From Octopus vulgaris (taxonomy: Eukaryota), in the NCBI GenBank assembly GCA_951406725.2, contig OX597840.1:38812001-38876000 (forward strand): 64,000 nucleotides of DNA. Reading direction: 5' to 3'. Shown one piece after another: positions 57,547 through 64,000 of the stretch; positions within the stretch are counted from its first letter, which is position 1, and every line of letters starts with the position of its first letter. A program made the position numbers and the translations under genes. Below the pieces are notes generated by a model that was not told the origin of the DNA, searched no databases, and worked only from the letters and a program-made list of their open reading frames with translations.

Positions 57547-57654
57547 CCTTCTATATAATAAATTAATTTTACTCTGCTATGTATTGAGTACCTTACTTAC
57601 TGTGGTTAACCCCGAATCAACCCGGGACCTACATATATATATATATATATATAT

Positions 57655-57850
57655 CAATAATAATATAGGGTAAAATTAATTAATTAATTAAGAATTAAGA
57701 ATTCCACCAAGTAGTATTCGGCATGTTAAAAGGGCCATTTTCGGTAAACTTAATACAATGAATATAATTATAATTAGGGTCCAGCATATCATCGGTATGT
57801 GGTAAAGCAATTTTTTTTTTGCTGAACACTATTATAATTATATTCATAAA
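57655..57850 (-). mobile_element. Short (TA)n-embedded element with fold-back end
   Basis: AGGGTAAAATTAATT..CACCAAGTA..CCATT is homologous to 54127-54200; imperfect hairpin 57759-57787 / 57820-57847. Confidence 0.55.
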
Positions 57851-57858
57851 TATAAAAG

Positions 57859-57918
<60 letters not shown>

Positions 57919-58823
57919 CAAAGAAGGAAAGAAAATGGAGAGAGAGTGATTGATATATTTGACAGTCATGGTGTAGTTTTCTGTACAGTTTTCGTGTACC
58001 GTATTTTATATGCAGATTTCGGAATCAGTAAAGTTTTGAGTTTGGCCGAAGGATCTATAATATCTTCTACTGTCTTCATCGCTAGCGTTATGTGATTGAT
58101 CACTGGCCGGTTGGCTTAACGTTCGCATCTTAAATTCAAATTGCAGGAACGGTGACGATGATTTAGTAGCTTTTCTTCACTAATGCTCAGTAGATCCTCC
58201 ATGATGTATTGAATTTTCTTTATTTAAATCCTTGGGCTTCGTAAACGGATTACCTAATTGTTTATTCATCTTTTTTCGTAATCACTCAAAGCAGTAAATT
58301 TCGTTTTAAAAATTATTCTTTTGGTAATCATAATTTTATAAAATTTACCATCAATTACTTCTTTAATTAACATCCAATTTATACGAATAATTTTTCATTT
58401 AGATAATTCCAAACACGTAAAGGAATGGAAGTTGCTATTTTGTAGTATTATAATAAAAATAGATGACTTCACATGACATGTAGGTTCACATTCATTATTT
58501 GAATTTAAAGAACTCTGTCGAGGCTTTGATATTTGCTGATCTCACTGGAGCAATATTGTCGCTTGAAGGCATCAAGAAGCACGTAGTATAATTATTGGGT
58601 ATTTTATGAATGCCAAGTAATTGTGAACGAGAGAGACATCATTGGTTTTCCGGAAACTTTGCTTCCTAAATCTTCTCCGGTTTTATGATTTTTAAGGACC
58701 AGGCTTCGTCACCTAGGGCAACACATTGTAAATTGAGCAAGCGCTAAATTTACTTAATTAAATGAAACGCCTCGATTAGCATAAGTGCAGGAACTCGTGT
58801 ATATTAGCATAAATGCTTCAAGT

Positions 58824-59204
58824 TTATTACTTCCGCATTAGCGAAGCCGGAAAGTATTGCTTTCCATCATGCTTGTTCGTTTGTTTGTTCGTTATCCGTG
58901 GACACGTTATCTCCAGAACTGCTGGATGAATTCTCATGAAATTTACAGAGATGTTTGGTCTCGTGACTGGCACGAAACGATTATATTTTGGGATCGATCC
59001 AATACAGGAGAAGGGTTCTGGATTATTTTTCTTTTTCGTTTTTTAGATTAATTTTTGCGAGCGGTCGGGTTCAATTTTATTATTCTCGTTTGTGAAAGCA
59101 GTCGAGTATATGTCAGATATTCTCATATAAAAAAACCTTTCTGGCTAATTGTTGAGAGGACGTCGATGTTACCTCGGTGGAGGTTTGTTCTCTCCCAGTG
59201 CTTT
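58824..59204 (+). mobile_element. Helentron/HINE-like non-autonomous element
   Basis: 5' TTATTACTTCCGC with short hairpin, (GTTY)n microsatellite, ATGAAATTT block, 3' inverted GGTGGAGGT and AGTGCTTT end; recognised by architecture only. Confidence 0.5.
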
Positions 59205-59548
59205 TATTAATATTGTATTGTGCAAGGCAAGTGTAAATTTGTCTGGCAGTCATGTGCATTTAATGTTTCTTCTCGTAAATGAGTGACAGTCACATGAGGT
59301 TCGGACCATCAATGCTGTAATTTTCTTTGTAAATTATTCCATGGGCATAAATAAATGAAAATTACTGTGGGTGGGGCTGTGATACAGTGTAAAAGATAAA
59401 TTCACACAAGGAATACTTTCCTAAGTGATCAATAAATTAAGAATAATTTATCGATGGTAGAAACGATACAGAGAAGACCACAGTCTAACAAAAATGCGTT
59501 TATGATAATGTAGCACTGGTGACTTTAAACTCTTAAACACAATATCCT

Positions 59549-59720
59549 TTCCTTCTCTAGGTAGAAGGCCGACATTTTGGGGGAGGGTGAAAGTCGATTA
59601 GATCAACCCCATTATGCAGCTGGTGTTTAATTTATTGACCCGAAAAGGATGAAAGGCAGAATCGAACTCAGAATATAAAAACATTTCGCCCGGTGTGCTA
59701 ACTTTTCTGCAAGCTTGCCG
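59549..59720 (-). mobile_element. SINE family A with tail 2, degenerate
   Basis: TTTTGGGGAGGG..GTCGATTAGATC..GGATGAAAGGCA..CATTTCGCCCGG. Confidence 0.75.
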
Positions 59721-61099
59721 ACTTCACAAACGCAATATTACAAAGATTTTCGCATTGTAAGCGAGAAAGCCTTTCCATGGTCGTTCTACCCGCCACAGAT
59801 GAAAACCCATCGTCATAATGACACTTTAGGCAATGGAGGTTTAGATACTCAATAAAAAGTTTGTCATGGATTCCAAAGCCTTTAGTCATAGGTGTACTTA
59901 ATTATATTTAGCAAAGCACTATGAATATCTTTTATCTCACGTGAGACGTCAAGAAATTAAAAGACGAGTGCTAAATAAAGTTAATAAAAATATGTTATCG
60001 ATCTGAATATGACAGATTCGAATCTAAAATCTCCAATACTGTTGAATCAAGATTGTAACCGATTAACGAAAAATGACAAATTTAGTTGAGCTGTGGTTTA
60101 GAAATCAGTTACTGATATCAGGGTATTGTAGCAGTTGTGGCATCTTCATTGAACCATTGGCATTGGTTCTTCTGTTTTTCCTGTTATTTTTAGTCTTGTT
60201 ATTATTTTGGAAATCGTTGCTGATTTTTGATCCTCGTATCAAATCAGATCAATGATCAAAATAGCTCAGCTGTGCCCACGCAGCCATTTGTTATTCAGGA
60301 GATCATATGATCAATGGAATCTTCTTTTTTCAGAGGTGGTGGAGTGTGATATGAGCAATGATGTATCTTCCCTTTATAGCTGCTCATGTGACTCCATAAA
60401 ATCGCGTATGTTCGATAGGTTTATAATTTTAGAGTTTTAAGTGTCAGGTTTATCTCAACTTCTCTGACAGCGATTACGACAGAAATTAATTCCCCAATAC
60501 CGATATTAATTTCACTCAGATGTAGATTAACCAAATTATTTGCTTTCTAAAGGAATACAACTTGACACAAGTTATCAATTAGCTGTATTAATACTATTAA
60601 TGCAACAGAACCAACAAATAGAGGATATGACATCAAGTTTTATAAAAATCAAAAAGGGTTGAGGCCTGATATTTTCAATGACTATTGGACATTTCTTTTT
60701 TTTATATTACTCTAACGGCGAGGAGAATGTATATTTGGCGCGTAGGCAATTGTTGATTCTAAATATGAAAATCCACTTCCTCCATATTGCTGTTCAGAAG
60801 AGAGAGACTTGTGTGACTTATTGCACAATACTTCTAAGTGTACAACATCTCCATGACTACAATAACTTATACACAACTAGAAATAACCAACAATGTTCTT
60901 CCCCGACAGCGAGGTTTTAAAGAATCACGCTGCCATTTAAATATTTTTATGAATTTTCAAAGACTCTCAAATAACCGCACGCAGTTTCATCTATTTTGGA
61001 TTATACCATATGATATGAGCGTAGATTTTTGGGGTTTGGACCACTGAGCTTTCCATTTATACATGCAGCTGTGCATTTCAAGGGCTAATTCTTTCTCTT

Positions 61100-62200
61100 A
61101 TAGTCTCAACGATATTACCCACTGTTCAGTACAATATAGTGCTTACCATCCCAGGGCTTTCGAACCATCGGCATACTCCGTCCGCCAAGGAGCCTGACGT
61201 AGATAACGTGGATCTAAATTTCAATGACAAGTCTGAGTTTTCCCTGGGGCTACAATGATATTTCAATACGTGGGCGTATAATTCTTCGCTATTGCATCGA
61301 ATCCCGTAATTCATGATTGTAAACCAAATATCTAAACCAATCATTCGACATCGCACCAATGTCCTGTAAGGTTAAGACAAACTCGTATCTTACAGGAAAA
61401 TTTTATTGTCCGTCAAATGAAGAAATTTGAGCGAATTAGGTTTATATGTCAGTGGTGGCTTTTTAAAATAGCATCACAATAGACGTAAATCGAAAAGAAA
61501 TTAAGTTACAAATTAAAATAGTTCGCAAGCCATTATAATCACATTTCGTTCTTCTTCGGCATACTCACCATGTAATGAAAATATCTCCAAAAGAAGAAAT
61601 TTACTGATTAGTTCCTCGTTTCCTTTCGATAGCATCACCATTAGAAAGTAATTGCTTTTCAGGTAATTTATTCAAATTTTATTTATTTATTCACTGCCAT
61701 TGTTAGTATAATTGTTTCGTTATTATTATTGGTTTTCAAAACATTCATTTTTATGTATTTCTATAGCATTACCGTGTTGTTTTATCTCGTAAACTACATT
61801 AGGTTGACCCCTGTGTTGCATATAAAACGATTGCAGCGTGGAAGACACATAATTCCTAAGCAAAAATACACAAGAACAGACTTTAAATTTCACTAAAGCA
61901 CTCATTAATTGGTGTCAAGAATTTCCGTCGCACCAAAAGTATCCTGGTCATTGATGTAATTCCGCTGTAGAAGTGTGTCAAAGACGAGGCTACGGTTGGA
62001 ACGACGCAAAGTATACTTCATCAGCAAGAAGCATCCTGATCTCTTGAATCTAGCCAAATACCTCTGTTTGCAATTACAGCGAACAAAATTTTTTCTGATC
62101 AGTGCATATATCTGCCACCTGGTAACAATTCTCTCTTTCCACCGTATTCTGCGAGATCTGAAACGAATATCTCTGACTTATTATTAATACGTCTAAGCCA
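61100..62200 (-). pseudogene. Possible very decayed mariner-like transposase
   Basis: Scattered weak motifs (ARFKRSG..DE, RMIGLDIWF, VCRWFESPGMV); no open frame. Confidence 0.3.
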
Positions 62201-62720
62201 TGTTCACCTTTACAGCAAATGCGGATTTCATGGAAAGAATTAACTTAGGCACAGCCCAAACATTTTGTCACAGTTGATGGATCATCTGCGCCGATTGTTC
62301 TGAAACCAGTAAACTTTTTTTTGCGGGTACCGCAATTGGGAAGCATTCAATCTTATCCTTATAGGTACGAAATTGAAAAGTACCGTTGGTCGATAGCTGA
62401 TGAAGAATTATGGACTTCCTGATTGTTTCACGTTTCCTTTTACATTATGTTATGTCGGTTGATTGTATATATTTTTTTCATATATCAAGAAATGGAACGC
62501 AACCGAATTCCTACACACATACATATATATATATACACACACACACACATATGGTGATTTAAACAGGAGAAATAGAACCCAAAATATGAGTATATGTAAA
62601 TGTTTATCAATAGTTAGCGGAAGCAAGACAATGAGTCAAGGTCTGAGAGATTCCTGCGGTCACTTGATAAGCACGAGACAATCGAACATTGAGTGACTCT
62701 GTTGCTTCTGCCATAAATTA

Positions 62721-62782
<62 letters not shown>

Positions 62783-63028
62783 GCATATGTATGTGTGTGT
62801 GTGTGAATGTATGAATTTATGTATGTATGCATTTATGTTTCAGTATGTATGTGTACGTTTATTTAAATGGTGGTTGTGAATACTTTTGGATAGACACACA
62901 CTACCGCATACATACAGGTATATAAATATTAGAGAATATTATTAGAGAGAGAGTTTATGTGTGTGTGTGTGCGTGTGCGAACGTGGAAGAGTGAGTTATT
63001 TTGTCTTCAATTGTATTAGCATCAATAC

Positions 63029-63140
<112 letters not shown>

Positions 63141-64000
63141 GATAGGATCATTATTTCCTTGTGTAGTTTATTAAATCTTTGCATTTCGTTTCCATTTTTC
63201 AAAATGATTTCTTTGCATATATCATAGAACACTATGACTGTAAAGTGTTAACCTTTACATTAAATTCCCTCCTTCTTTTATGACACAATTAAATTAACAT
63301 TTGTACTTTGCATTTTAAAATACTCAATTTGCTCGCGTTACAACAAAATTCTGCTTCGAAATTTGTGTACACATAAGTGTTCTTCCCTTTGAAATGTTTT
63401 GTGAGTGAATTTTCTGTGATGCATGCGATACATCGAATTAGATTTTAACAAAGTCAGTTCATAATTGAAGCTGCTATTGACCTTAATTGTGTAATCATTC
63501 TTATAATTTTTCTCTAGTTATTCTAGAAGAATGTTTCTTGTCAGTAATATTAAATTAGCCGATAAATTGCCTAACGAATTTCATTGCGTCTCCTTATGTT
63601 CCGGATTCAAAACCTTCAAATTTTATCAAAATATGTATGCTTCTCCGTTATAAGTTTATCTAACTCTCTCAGCATTGAGTAAGTATTTTGGCTGCGTATT
63701 TTTGCGCTGCTTCATTTACAGACAACTAGAAGTACGCAAATTCTGATTTCGAGACCAGCTCGACGCTCCTCTCCTCCGCTGCTCCATTTACCTAAATACT
63801 TGGGAGACAATCGCCACCCACCGCCCCAAATAAGTGATATGCTATCCTCGAGAGAATTGACCTGATGGTAAATGGGCGGCTAGAGGCAAAGATGGAACAT
63901 GGAAGACACAGAAAGCTACTCGCTTTTCCTCGTTCCCTGCAAACTTTTCCTTGAGATATATGCCTCCACCTCTTGTATTCTCTCCTCAGCCTCAATAGCC

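Larger units (their letters stand above)
51500..57566. repeat. ~6 kb inverted duplication (arms 51500-54447 and 54482-57566, 34-nt spacer)
   Basis: Unique blocks 51500-51930, 52520-52830 and 54127-54350 recur reverse-complemented at 57150-57566, 56240-56545 and 54576-54800; the ORF track shows mirrored peptides. Confidence 0.95.

Overview
AT-rich, microsatellite-saturated eukaryotic non-coding DNA with no intact host gene; nearly all long ORFs in the track are translations of (TA)n/(CA)n/(GATA)n repeats. The repeats resemble those of octopod cephalopods (Octopus), an inference from recognition rather than a search. The window holds about 25 copies or fragments of four tRNA-headed SINE families, a 5'-truncated Tx1/L1-type LINE inside a (GATA)n array, three Dong/R4-type 3' ends inside (TAA)n, and decayed CR1-like, RTE and mariner pieces. 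The most notable layer is a set of non-coding elements embedded in (TA)n that carry minimal type I hammerhead ribozyme motifs and/or fold-back ends, as expected of non-autonomous Penelope-like elements. The largest is a ~6 kb palindrome (51500-57566) with an outward-facing hammerhead at each end. One SINE family shares its 3' tail with the Tx1 LINE and forms concatemers with the same junction at three loci.
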